Assembly (NCBI GenBank): GCA_004431415.1
Contig: QPMI01000098.1
Coordinates: 116,890 to 180,889, forward strand
DNA length: 64,000 nt
Source of the DNA: Cyanophora paradoxa CCMP329
Lineage: Eukaryota > Plantae > Glaucophyta
Direction: 5' to 3'
Shown here: in pieces, positions 1 through 11,040 of the stretch
Layout: every line of letters starts with the position of its first letter
Position numbering within the stretch: the stretch's first letter is position 1
Notes under the pieces: model-generated
What the model was told of the DNA's origin: nothing
What the model saw: only the letters and a program-made list of their open reading frames with translations
The model's database searches: none
Made by a program: the position numbers and the translations under genes

Positions 1-445
1 TATGCACGCGGCACCCTTGAGCGTCAAGAAGCGTGCACGAGCGATCGATTGCGCAGTGCACGTGATGCAGTCAGAAAGTGCAGAAAGTGAGCTGAGACAA
101 GACTATGTTGCTGCAATTCGCATGCACGGCGTTGCACGCCGTCGCTGGCGCTGAGCGTCAAAAGTGTCCGCTGCACGAGGGTTCGGTTGCGTCACAACTC
201 GCGTGGTGACAGCGTCTATAGCTATTATATATACATCATCAGATGCCATATGCATGGTCCGTCACTAAGACCGGCCAGCTGGCATGGGGTCCCGGACTCC
301 CGGCTGCGGCATGGGGAAAGTGTCCCGGGCATCTTCGATCTAAGTCGCCTGTACCCCGCGAGTGCTGCAATGGCTGTGTGCAATTCGAACGGATTGCAAT
401 GATTATGTTGCAATCGCAAATCAACTGCGCATGCAATGTTTAGAT

Positions 446-548
446 GTGAATATCAGTATACGTATGTGCACACGTTATGTAATAGCAAAGGGAGTCGTGA
501 ATATCAGTATACGTATGTGCACACGTTATGTAATAGCAAAGGGAGTCG
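446..548. repeat. 51-bp direct tandem duplication (2 copies) in AT-rich intergenic DNA
   Basis: GTGAATATCAGTATACGTATGTGCACACGTTATGTAATAGCAAAGGGAGTC at 446 and 497. Confidence 0.9.
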
Positions 549-721
549 ACGTCGTGAAATGGATACGAAATGCATATGTGAGATCAAATGCTTTACATCT
601 CACAAGCTTAAGCTAGCTATTGCTAGCGCTAGTGAGGGACACATGTACATGGATTCATGATCAATGCAAGTATCATTAATATTCGATCGATAAAGCTCGT
701 TTCTTAAGAGTTGCTCTGAAA

Positions 722-3530
722 TTATGCGAGAGAAGTGAAAGAAGGCTCAGAGGGCGTGGCGGCGTGGCGGCGGCGGGCGGCGACGGCGGCGGCGACGGCG
801 ACGGCGGCGAGGGCCGCGACGCCGACGAAGCCGCCGACGGCGCCGGCGGCGAGGGAGGCGCCGCGGGCGGCGGGGGCGGGGGCGGCGCCCTCGCCGCCCT
901 GCTCCAGGGCGAGGAGGGCGCGGCGGGCGGGGCAGGCGGTCGGGGCGTTGGCGGTGATGTCCATCGTGAAGGCGCCCGTGGCCGACTTCTTGCCCTCCAC
1001 GGCGATCGTGTACGGCGTGCCGGCCTCCAGGCTCAGCGTCAGACGCGACTGCTTCGAGCCGCCCCCGCAGCCGTTGTCTGCGCGCGCGCGGGCGTCAGGC
1101 CGGCGGCGAGGCTGAAGGCAAGGGGGCGGGGCGCACCATCGGAGGCGAAGAGGGCGGCGGGGCCCTGGCCGGAGATCGGGCAGCCGGCGTAGACGTACAG
1201 CATCGTGTCCAGCGACACGGCGCGGTTGCACAGGCTGATCGTGTACGAGCTGCGCCGCGTCAGCGCGCGCCGGGCGGGGCGGGGCGGCGGGGCGGGCGGG
1301 GCGGACCCGGCGGCGGGGACGGTGAGGGTGTAGTAGGCCTCGCCCGAGGCCTGGCTGTTGGGCAGCAGGTTGGGGGTGGACGCGGTGATGGAGCCGGCGA
1401 CTTGCGCGCCGCAGGCCGCCACGGCCGTCGCTTGGGAGCAGGTCGCTGCGCCGGCGGTCAGGCCCGCGCCAGGGCGGCGGCGCGGCGCAGCAGCGGCGTG
1501 CGCACTGGTGACGGGGAGCGGCAGGGGCGTGGGCGCGACGGGCGCATCGGTCGGGCCGGGGTAGGGGCGGCGGGGCGTCGGTCGGGCCGGGGTAGGGGCG
1601 GCGGGGGCGTCGGTGGGGCCGGGGTGGGCGCCGGGGTCACGACGGGGCGGCGGTCGGCGTGGGAGGGGCGTCACGGCGGGGAGGGGCGACGGCGTCGCCG
1701 CTGCGCGCGGGCGCCCGTCAGAGGCGCGGCCGCGGCGGGCCGGCGGGCGGGGGCTCACCGGCGGGGGCGGGGAAGAGGGCGGAGAGGAGGAGGTTGGGGG
1801 CGCCCATCGTGTCGGCGATCTTGTTGGGCACGGCGGCGGCGAGGAGGGCCTGGAGGACCTGTGCCGGCGAGGCCGCCGGGTTCCGCTGCAGGTACAGCGC
1901 CGCCACGCCCGAGACTGCGCGCCGGCGTGAGCGGCGGCCGGCGGGGCGGCGGCGGGCGGGGCGGCGGACCGTGGGGGCAGGCCATGGAGGTGCCGGACAT
2001 GGTCGCAGTGGCGGTGGTCGACGTGTAGTACGCCGAGAGAACGCTCGAGCTGCGCGCATGCTGGGTCGGCCCTTGTGCCAAGCGCGGGCGGGGCCGAGGG
2101 CGCGGGGGCGCACCCGGGGGCGAAGATGTCGACGCAGCTGCCCCAGTTGGAGTACGAGGCGCGGGCGTCCGTGCTGCCGGCGGGTCAGCGGGGCCGGGGC
2201 CGGGGCGGGGCGGGGCGGGGCGGGGCGGGGCGGACCGGGTGGAGGCGGCGACGGTGATGGCGGAGGGGGCCGATGCGGGCGACTTGGAGCAGGCGGTCGC
2301 GTTGTCGTTGCCCGCCGAGACCGACACCACGATCCCCGCGCTCACCGCGCTGCGCGGCCCCGCGTCGGCGGGGGCGGGGTGGGGGCGGGGGCGGGGCGGG
2401 GCGCACTTGGCGATGGCGGTGTTGAGGGAGGAGGAGACGCCGCCGCCGAGGGACATCGAGATGACGGCCGGCCCGACGCGGTTCGCCCGCACGTAGTCCA
2501 CCCCCGCGATGATCCCGGAGTACGAGCCGGTCCCGTCGCAGCCCAGCACGCGCACAGAGTAGACTGCCGCAGCGTCGGCGGCGGCGCGTCGCGGCAGGCG
2601 GCGGGCGGAGGCGGGGCGCACGCTTGGCCTTCTTGGCGACGCCGTACGTCTTGCCGCCGATCGTGCCGGCGACGTGCGTGCCGTGCCCGCGGCAGTCGCT
2701 CCCGTTCCCTGCGGCGGCGGCGGCGCGTTCGGCGCGGGGGCAGCGGCGCTGGGGCGGCGGGGCGGACCGCCGAAGGCGTCGAAGGCGAAGGCGGCGCGGC
2801 CCTCGAACTCGACGTGCTCGTACAGGATCCCCGTGTCCAGCACGTACCTGCCCCCGCCCGCTCGCCCCCCGCGACGCCGCCCGGGCGCGGGGCGCGGGGC
2901 GCGGGTACGCACACGCTGACGCCCTCGCCGGTGGCGGTGTAGGTGTAGGTGCCGGAGAGGGGGAGGGCGGCCTGGTCGATGCGGTCGAGGCCCCAGAGGC
3001 CCGAGGGGACGCTCTGCGTGGCGGCCGCCTGCGCCTCCGACGCCGTCTGGTCCTCCTCCACCTCCGCCACCTCCGCCGCGCCCCGCACCAGCTCCACCAC
3101 CCGCTCCGACATCCTGCCAAGGCCGTCAGCGGCGCGGCGCGAGCGCGGGTGCGGCGCGGGCGGGGGCGCACATGGCGGCGAAGCCGGGGAAGACCGAGCG
3201 GTACTGGAAGGCGACTTGGAAGACGGGCGCCTGCGCGGCCGGCAGGTTCGCGAGGCGCGCCGCCACGTCCGCCCGCAGCCGCTCCAGCAGCGCCGCCGTC
3301 GCGCGCCCAGGCTCGGGCCCTCCGGCCGCGCCCCCGGCTGCCCGACGGCCGCGCCCGCCGCCTCGTCCGTGAATCGCTGCGAGTCGCCCCTCAGCGCCCC
3401 GCGGCCGCAGCGCGCCGCCGCCGGCGGCGGTGCGCACCACGATGTAGGACTTGGGCGCCGCCGCCGCCGCGACGCTCAGGAGCGCCGCGAGGGCAAAGAG
3501 CGCCACCCATGCACTACGCGTGCTCGACAT
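722..3530 (-). CDS. Host multi-exon subtilisin-like (S8, proteinase K-type) serine protease with signal peptide, prodomain, Pro/Thr linker and C-terminal TM helix
   Basis: Motifs are spread over several ORF frames: MSSTRSAWVALFALAALL signal, WGLDRIDQ, YVLDTG (Asp), GHGTHVAGTIG (His), SAGN, SGTSMACPHV (Ser) and a hydrophobic GAVGGFVGVAALAAVAVAAAVAA before RRR. GT..CAG introns join the frames. Exon boundaries were not all resolved. Confidence 0.9.
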
Positions 3531-4159
3531 CGCCGGTGAGTTTCGATCAGCGCGCGGCCGTGCAGGTGGCGGGAGCGACGTGTGGGGTTGATCGGGTGAG
3601 CGCGCGCGTCCTCTGACTGCTGCTTTGGAAGCAGTGATCTAGATGCGCTGCTTTGGATGCTCGATGTGCCGAGGTGACGTGCGCTGTGAGCTGGTCTGGG
3701 ACTCCGGGCGCGGTGCGCGGGATGCGCTGCGCCGAGCTGCTGAGCGCGGAGGCGCGCTGTGCTGTCCTTGTCAAGAGGAGAAAGGCTGCGAGGAGCCTTG
3801 CGCGTCGGTACGAAGGCTGCTGAAGGCGGAGGCCAATGGCACGCGAGGCGCGTCGGAGCTGAAAGTGACTGGGGCTGCGAGGCCTGAAAGGATGAAGGCG
3901 CCGCCATCGTATCGCGCTGGATGTGTTTGCTGGCAGATCCAGGTGGCCGCGGCCGCGATGGCGCTCGGAACGCCCGCTCGACTTCGACGTCTGGCAGCTC
4001 TGAGCGCGCTCCACGTTGTGCTCCCCCCCCCCCCCCCCCCCGCCCCACACACACAAGCCCGTACCCCGCGAGCCTTTCGGCGCAGCCGCTGCCACGTGCA
4101 CTTCGCCTTGTCCTTTGAACTGACGCAGCGGAGGCAATGTTGTAGCTGTAAATTCGAAA

Positions 4160-6432
4160 ATGAGCGCCGGTGCTAGTGCCATCAGCGATGGAAGCGTATG
4201 TGGCGGGTGGCCGTCGGAAATCTTTGAGCCCGGCGAGGAGGCGAAGGCGAAGGGCTTCGAGCTGACGTGCGCGGTCTGCTTGCTTGTAATGCGCGATCCG
4301 GTGCGTCGCGATCGGCGCCCGCACACGCGTACTAACTGCAGCCACTGCATTACACAGGTCGAGCTCGGTTGTCCCAACAAGCACGCGCTGTGCCGAACCT
4401 GCGCGGATCATCTGGCGCGGGAAGCCGGCTATCCCTTCGAATACGAGTACATGAAGGCGCAGCTAAAGTGCCCAGTCGACCGCGATGTCATCGACTGCGA
4501 GCGCTTCGAGCCGGCGAAACGCGACGGTCGACGCATCAACGAGCTGCGGGTGCTGTGCGCATCTTGCGACCAGAGCGCGGGCTCAGCTTGAGCTAGCGCT
4601 CGAGCTCTAGCTTTAGCTTAATTAAGCTTGCATCGGCACCTGACTCCGGACGCGGCGCCGTGCGCCTCCACCGCGCAGCTGCCTGTTTCAGGAGCGGGGC
4701 TGCGAGTGGCGGGGCGAGCTGGGCTCCTTCACCGCGCACGCCGCGAGCTGCAGTGCGGTTTGTGCCTCCCAAGCCTTCGTTTAGCTTCGAACACTGACCG
4801 TGAACTGAACTACACGCCCGCGCGCAGATGCCGCAAGGGCAAGGCGCCAGCGACGAGTTCATCGCCCGCCTAACGCGCGAGAAAGGTCCTCGTTCCCTTC
4901 TCTTCTCTTCCCCCCCCCTCCCCCGTGCCCCCCCTCGCCCTGCCCCCCCCCCCCCCCCCCCCCGTGCCCCGTCCACCCCTGTCCCCCTCCCCTTCCCTCG
5001 TCCTTCCCGTCCCCTATTCCCCCCCCCTCCCCCGTCCACCCGTCCCCCCCGCCCCCCCCCCCCCCCCCACCCCACCCGCCCCCACCACACCCGCCTCCCT
5101 TCGCCCCCCGGTCTCCCTCCCCCCGCCTCCCATGCCCGGGCCCCGCCCCATCCCCCCCACCCCTTCCTCCGTCTCCCCTCCCCGCTCTCCCCCCTCCCCC
5201 CCCTCCCCCTGGTCCCCCTCCCCGCCGCCTTCCGTGCCCGGTTTTGACTGCAAGGTTCAGGTACCCTGGAGGGGCAGGTCCGCGACCTCTCGAGGCAGCT
5301 CGAAGCGATGCGGCTGCGGGCGGAGGCGGCTGAGAGGCAGCTCGACAACTCGACAACTGAAGTTGCAGTTGCCCCCGGGCAGAGCGTTGCGAATGCTGTC
5401 AGGCGGGCCGCCGTTGGGCAGACAATCCGACTCGCACCCGGCGTGTGCGCGCTGCTTTCTGATCATGCACATGAGTATCGTATGAGTCTCGTTTCTAAGG
5501 CTAAGTTTTTTAATGTGCCATGTGCCACAGGTACAGGCAGCAGCTGGTGCTGGACAAGGAGGTGCACGTCGTGGGGCCGCGGGAGGCCGTCTTCAAGTGG
5601 GACCAGGGCCCCACGCTGCACTGCAAGGGCCCCGCGGCGCCTAGCGTCAAAGGAATTACGATCCGGAACACTGCGCGGGGGGAGACGGCGGTGTGGATCA
5701 CAGATGGGAGCCGGGTGTTCGTAGAGGGCTGCGACGTCTCCAGCGCTGGCCTCAGTGGCATTTTTGTCTCCGAGGAGGGGACGGCTCCGACGATGCGCGG
5801 TGGGCGCCCCGCCCCGCCCTCCGCCCGGCCTACTGTTGACCGATTCCTCGCTGGGCAGGGAATGTGGTACACGACTGCGGCGGTATTGGCATCTTCTTCC
5901 ACGCGTCGGCGAAGGGCGTCGCGGAGGGCAACGACATCTACGACATCAAAGTGGCGGGCATTCAGATCACTTCCGGCGCTGACCCCATCGTGCGGGGCAA
6001 CAAGGTACATGACGGCAAGCAGGGCGGCATCTTCGTGAATGAGAACGGGCGGGGCACCGTCGAGGGCAACGACGTCTACGGCAACGCGCTGGCAGGCATC
6101 CAGATCAATGACGGCGCTGACCCCGTCGTGCGGGGCAACAAGGTCCACAACGGCAAGTCGGGCGGCATCTGGGTGTTCGATAACGGGCGGGGCACGGTCG
6201 TGGGCAACGACGTCTACGGCAACGCGCTGGCGGGCATCGAGATCAGAACTGGCGCAGACCTCGTGGTGAAGGGTAACCGGTGCGCCCTCGGGCTCCTCTA
6301 CGCCTCCCTCACCCTTCTCTCCCGGCGCTGACATCGATATCCGGCCCCCGCAGGGTGCACGACCAGCAGTACGGGATCTTGGTGAGCGGCAGCAGCAAGG
6401 TGATCGTCTCGGGGAACACAATCGAGCGCATC
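4160..6432 (+). CDS. Host RING/Zn-finger + coiled-coil + right-handed parallel beta-helix (FBXO11/NosD-like repeats) protein, 5' part; interrupted by element 1
   Basis: LTCAVCLLVMRDP..C..H..C..C..CPVDR RING-like motif; repeated GNKVHDGKQGGIFV / GNDVYGNALAGIQI; the last exon runs GNTIERI into the element terminus. Confidence 0.8.
6427..6432 (+). repeat. Left 6-bp target-site duplication CGCATC
   Basis: The same hexamer follows the right TIR at 34274-34279; 6-bp TSDs are typical of Polinton rve integrases. Confidence 0.95.
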
Positions 6433-6740
6433 ACACATATACAACTCCCGGCTTTTAGACCTCGGCTTATTTAAATTGATCTCGTTAGTATATAACCTGT
6501 ATTTATAATATATCTATCGTGAATATGTGTGTGTTTTATCGGTGATTTGTATTTATTTTATCGTGGGTTATAGCTTCTTTTTAATAAAATATGTGAAATA
6601 TGTATAGTTTCTTTGATCTTTATGTATATTCTCGATGAGTAGACTTATATATCTCGTGAGTTTTATTATATTAGAGGTGTGACTCAACTTAGTTTAATTA
6701 TAACTTGCCTCAGTCTAAAAGCCGGGAGTTGTATATGTGT
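6433..6740. other. Terminal fold-back: 28-bp perfect stem (6433-6460 / 6713-6740) enclosing an imperfect AT-rich arm
   Basis: ACACATATACAACTCCCGGCTTTTAGAC at the terminus, with its exact reverse complement at 6713-6740; mirrored at 33966-34273. Confidence 0.9.
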
Positions 6741-6904
6741 GTTTGTTCTGAATTTTCAATATAAAAGCGACGATCACGCGCCGTTTCATCATAAACAACT
6801 ACCATGAGCTGCATGGAACGTTCTGCATGCGGCTCTCTATAAAACAAAGTAGATCTATGATATATTATGATTGATTGTTTTGTATTTTAATTGGTCTTAT
6901 TCAG

Positions 6905-6996
6905 TGTTACAGGTGTTACAGGTTCATCCCAAACTTTGCCCTAGGAGGGGGGTCTTGGTTCCCGAGTTTGGGCAAGACCTGTAACACCTGTAACAA
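6905..6996. repeat. Inverted repeat of a tandem TGTTACAGG dimer around a ~55-bp spacer (inside TIR)
   Basis: TGTTACAGGTGTTACAGGT ... ACCTGTAACACCTGTAACA, with inner CCCAAACT/AGTTTGGG. Confidence 0.85.
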
Positions 6997-7123
6997 CGTA
7001 AACAATTATCATGTGCTGTATGAAACATGTCGCGCGCATCGAGAGTGTGCGGCGCACTGTGCGGCGGACTGTGCGCAACGTAAATGTATGAGTTTCGCAT
7101 CGAGATCGATCGGCTACTCATAG

Positions 7124-7812
7124 GAAACTACGCAATCTATCGCAACTACTCAAAGAAACTACGCAATTTAATACCGGGAACTACTGAAAAGATACCAAAA
7201 CTACGCAACTACGCAACTTTTTGAAAACGTTTGAAATTCGGGGCGGGAAAAATTTAGAAAAGTGTAAAACTTGCGTAGTTGCGTAGTTTTGGTTTCATTT
7301 GCGTAGTTTTGGTTTCGAATTGCGTAGTTTTTCAGGGAAAGTTGAGTAGTTTAAAGTAGTTTATATATTATAAAGTTGTTTCTTATTAATATCAATATGA
7401 TTCTATGATATATACCATGCTTTCTCTACTGAAAAGAGCGCCGGCATGCTACAAAGGGAAGCTACGCAATCGTTTCGCACTGAAACACAACAGTTTTATA
7501 GGCTACACAATAGTCTCGCACTGAGAAGCATGCGGGCAATCGGAGACTACGCAATTTAACGTAACTACGCATGAAAACTACGCAATCTGATCGCTTTTAA
7601 TACCGAAAACTACGCATTTAATACCAAAACTACGCAACTACGCAACTTTCTGAAAAAATTTGAGAGTAGGGGGGGAAAAAAATTAGAGAAGTGAAAAACT
7701 TGCGTAGTTGCGTAGTTTTGGTATTAAATGCGTAGTTTGCGGTATTAAGTTGCGTAGTTTAACATAGGTAGTTGAGTAGTTTAAAGTAGTTTTAATTAAT
7801 TATAAAGTAGTT
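7124..7812. repeat. Two tandem palindromic ACTACGCA iteron-like cassettes (putative origin) in the left TIR
   Basis: Arrays of AACTACGCA face arrays of TGCGTAGTT across a ~50-bp A/T-tract spacer with a G-run; the two units are offset by about 429 bp; mirrored at about 32895-33583. Confidence 0.8.
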
Positions 7813-8170
7813 TATTATTTATCTTATTGTTATCAGTCTGAGACTCTATGAAAATCGATTGACCTTAGTGTGAAACAGTGCGCCCCGCCCACTATGCAAG
7901 ATACATGCAAACTACATGCGAGTTCCATGAAAAACTATAACGATTAAGTCATGTATATATTTCGTATATATGTCCGAACCTCCGTGATAGTGATCCCGCG
8001 CAACTTTCGTTTTTGTTTTTCTTTTTTTTCTCATATCACGACATATACATATATATATCGGCGTCACCGACATATTCGGGGTCATCACATCGCGGCGATT
8101 CCGAAAACATATAGCATGCCACAAAGTAGTATTTTATGTTTTTGTTGTGGTATTCGACCAATCACAAGCC

Positions 8171-8257
8171 ACTAGAAAGGGGGAATACCGATTTACTAGA
8201 AAGGTCTAGAAAGGGGGGCTACCGATTTACTAGAAAGGTCTAGAAAGGGGGGATACC
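8171..8257. repeat. Short tandem repeat, ~35-bp unit (CTAGAAAGG-rich)
   Basis: TACCGATTTACTAGAAAGGTCTAGAAAGGGGGG twice, plus partial copies. Confidence 0.8.
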
Positions 8258-8465
8258 TAAAAACTGACATGTTAACAGGTGTCACATGCAAAAAAAACCA
8301 GAGTTCTAACCAAATTACTTAATTGTTTGTTATTTTTGACTTGGGGCTCTAACTTTTAGTAAGCCTCTGACTCGGTGAGCCGCTGAGCCAACTCACCGGG
8401 CTCGGCGGTCGGCGGTAACCTATACTATGATACTTGCCAGTTGCATTTTTGAAGTTGCAAAGTTG

Positions 8466-8542
8466 GAGTCCCGAGTCCCGAGTCCCGAGTCCCGAGTCCC
8501 GAGTCCCGAGTCCCGAGTCCCGAGTCCCGAGTCCCGAGTCCC
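8466..8542. repeat. Perfect heptamer tandem repeat (GAGTCCC)x11
   Basis: Read directly from the sequence; followed by GACTC. Confidence 0.95.
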
Positions 8543-8910
8543 GACTCGATAACACCGGCGATCGCGACTTCGCGGAGACCCCCTTCCGTTTTCCCCGCAT
8601 AACTTTGGACAGGAAGCCGATCCCGGCGCGCTCTCAATTGCTACGTGCTCATAACTTGCTTCCGGGCATGTTGGTGCTGGTTTGACTAGCTTACGCAACC
8701 GTGGCGCGACGCGCAAGTTCGCCATCGGCACAAGTGCCCGAAAACCGAGGTGTCCGCTACATTCTGAGCGCCGGCGCGCGTTCCCGTGCGTCTCCACTAG
8801 TCATACTTTGCATCCGCGTGCGCATAGAGTAGTGCTACACTGCTACAAAGTGGCGCGGTCTGATTCGCAAAGGGCGCGATTTGGCGGCTACGAAAGCACC
8901 GCGGCGCCTA

Positions 8911-10353
8911 CTACTTTCGTGGTCTCAGAGTCGCTCTTCGATCGCCATTAGCTACCGGCGCTACCGTTGCTACTTTTCTACTACTTCTTAATGTAGCTTT
9001 GGTTTCCGGCGCTTTGTAGCTCTCAGTTTGATTAGAGAACGACTTATACCATCGTTGGCTATTAACGCCGCCGGACAGCTTAGGCTCCGCGGCTGTTACT
9101 AGCCGCTGTAATTCTTTATTTACTCGTTTCTCTTTTTGCACGCGATCCTCTAATAGAGTGCCTTGTGGCACAGTCGCGGCGGCTTCTATGCCCTCTCTAC
9201 GCAATTGCGCATCGACCCGCGCCTCGTCCTTTGCCGCTTCTAATGCATCTACTGTGGGCGCCATTAGGTAATCCACAGCTTGGACAGGCAATAGCTCGTG
9301 GAAGGCAAAGCGACCCTCTACGCGATTGCCGTCCGGATCAGTTAGCATAAACTTATAGCCCTCGCGCGCGGCGACAGTATATACGATCCGGCTCCAATTG
9401 TTACCGCCCTTAGCGAATGGCGTCTTCTCGATGCGTAGCCTTACTGACATGCCCGGCTGAATCTGATCCAAATAAGCTATCGATTTCTTGAATTTCGCAT
9501 CTTCTTTTTGAACTATAAGCTTATAGTGACTCTCGTTGGTCTCGGCAGGCATATAGCCGGTCGCAGAGTGCACCGTATTATTATAGTTATATTCCAGAGA
9601 CGAAAGGATATCTATAAATCGAGCCGTATTATTCGCGATGCAGTAGCTCGTGATCAGCCGCCGCATTTGCTTGTTAAATGCTTCTATGCGCCCTTGCGCG
9701 CGATGGTCGGCTGTGTCCGCTATCTGATGCTCAATAAACTGATTCTCGAAATATTTGCGCATAATATCATTGCGGAATTCGCTTCCCGCATCGCTTTGCA
9801 CTTTGAATATTGGTCTCGGCGCCTTATTTTGCAGCTGAATAAATGCGGCTAAGGTCGACGCCGCGGACTTATCCCGCATTGGGATAATGAACCCGACCCG
9901 TAATGTGTTCTCCATAGCCGTGAGAAAAGCACTGTAATTATCATTATACTTCGAGTAAGCGGGAAAGAATAGCAGATCAATTACGTAGGTATCGAGAGGC
10001 TGTCGGATCGGTATAGCAGGGTCTCGTTTGCGGGATAGGTGCGGCGCATTAATCTGAACGACCTCTTGCCGGCTATACCACTCTTGCAATTTCTTATAAT
10101 TCTCGTCGGGCAGCTCTTGCCGTAGCTTAGTGATCCCTTTGAAACCGGTTTGCGGATCGTAGAATTTACGCGCGATTTTCGATTCCTCCGGGACAGCAAG
10201 GGCTACGGGCACGTCGCGGGGCACCAAAGCCTTTAAATCAGACCGCTTTACTATGCGGCTCTCTTTATTCTCTTTGGGCACGGGGATCGGCAATGTGCTC
10301 CCCTCTAAATCTTGCGATCGTCTTACTATTGGCGGTCTTGACATCCTTGTCAT
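8911..10353 (-). CDS. Retroviral-type (rve) DDE integrase of Polinton type
   Basis: YVIDLL (D), VQSDAGSEF (D), QGRIEAFNK (E), YNNTVHSATGYMP, and the GMSVRL..FAKG..NWS tail typical of Polinton integrases; ATG at 10353 or 10344. Confidence 0.93.
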   Translation of the reverse strand: MTRMSRPPIVRRSQDLEGSTLPIPVPKENKESRIVKRSDLKALVPRDVPVALAVPEESKIARKFYDPQTGFKGITKLRQELPDENYKKLQEWYSRQEVVQINAPHLSRKRDPAIPIRQPLDTYVIDLLFFPAYSKYNDNYSAFLTAMENTLRVGFIIPMRDKSAASTLAAFIQLQNKAPRPIFKVQSDAGSEFRNDIMRKYFENQFIEHQIADTADHRAQGRIEAFNKQMRRLITSYCIANNTARFIDILSSLEYNYNNTVHSATGYMPAETNESHYKLIVQKEDAKFKKSIAYLDQIQPGMSVRLRIEKTPFAKGGNNWSRIVYTVAAREGYKFMLTDPDGNRVEGRFAFHELLPVQAVDYLMAPTVDALEAAKDEARVDAQLRREGIEAAATVPQGTLLEDRVQKEKRVNKELQRLVTAAEPKLSGGVNSQRWYKSFSNQTESYKAPETKATLRSSRKVATVAPVANGDRRATLRPRK

Positions 10354-10416
10354 CAGACAATAAAAAAGATCAATGTAACATTTTACTCGCACGCGACAAG
10401 AGAAGGTCTTGTTTAT

Positions 10417-11025
10417 TTACGGTAAATTGGGACAGAATATATTGGCAACGATTCTATTAGGATTACTAACGTCAGTATACCACATTCGGCTAACGCGACT
10501 CCATTTCGCTCCATTGTCTTTTAAGAATTTACGCAAGGTGGTGCGGCGGGTAATTTGCAGTCCATGCTCTTCAAACTTCTTATGATATGTGGACAGATTG
10601 CGTTTAACATTGAAATAGATAAGCTGTATCGACTGTGGTTCGTGCTCACGCTTTATGGCTTTGATTACATCAGTCATCTTATATTGTGTGCATCTTACGA
10701 GACGCCAGAAATCCAGAACAGGTTGATATCCTCCCTCGTCTTCATCATTTACTTTCTTGATGGTATACTTATAGGATATCTCATCGTTGGATGCTCTTAC
10801 ATACGCAAACACATTATTTACTGATCGAATGACTATCTTGTGCGGTTCTTCAATAAAGAAACCAATAGATTGAATATCGGCTCTACGAAAGATTGTATTT
10901 ACAAAGGTAAATGGCATGCGATCAGTATCAAATGAAAAGAGGATATCAAATAGTTCCACGGTGCTAAATGATAGATCCGAAAGAGGATAAACGAAAATAG
11001 GTTGTCCTTTGAACAGATACGCCAT
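10417..11025 (-). CDS. Viral hypothetical protein (202 aa)
   Basis: ATG-initiated ORF, co-oriented with its neighbours and preceded by the shared upstream motif. Confidence 0.7.
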   Translation of the reverse strand: MAYLFKGQPIFVYPLSDLSFSTVELFDILFSFDTDRMPFTFVNTIFRRADIQSIGFFIEEPHKIVIRSVNNVFAYVRASNDEISYKYTIKKVNDEDEGGYQPVLDFWRLVRCTQYKMTDVIKAIKREHEPQSIQLIYFNVKRNLSTYHKKFEEHGLQITRRTTLRKFLKDNGAKWSRVSRMWYTDVSNPNRIVANIFCPNLP

Positions 11026-11040
11026 TTTCGCCGTCGCCTT

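Larger units (their letters stand above)
6433..7908 (+). repeat. Left terminal inverted repeat (1476 bp)
   Basis: Reverse complement of 32799-34273; the only difference seen is G6 vs G5 at about 6947-6952. Confidence 0.95.

Noticed and set aside
4900-5235. C-rich tract encoding a poly-Pro/extensin-like protein
   Set aside because: It lies between a GT donor (about 4886) and an AG acceptor in the RING gene, so it is most likely an intronic low-complexity tract.
6875-7123. Short ORFs inside the TIRs (also 33584-33835)
   Set aside because: They run through the palindromic repeats and differ in frame between the two TIR copies, so they are probably non-coding.
7124-7812. Repeat arrays in the TIRs (also 15441-15710 and 51720-52560) as CRISPR arrays
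   Set aside because: The repeats are 6-9-bp words in inverted clusters without regular unique spacers, and no cas genes are visible.
8466-8542. Heptamer array as a telomeric repeat
   Set aside because: It is not a TTAGGG-like unit, it is internal, and it occurs on one side only.
8349-8797. ORFs with GLGTRDS / SPESRVP repeats
   Set aside because: They are translations of the stop-free (GAGTCCC)n array in several frames, with no coding evidence.
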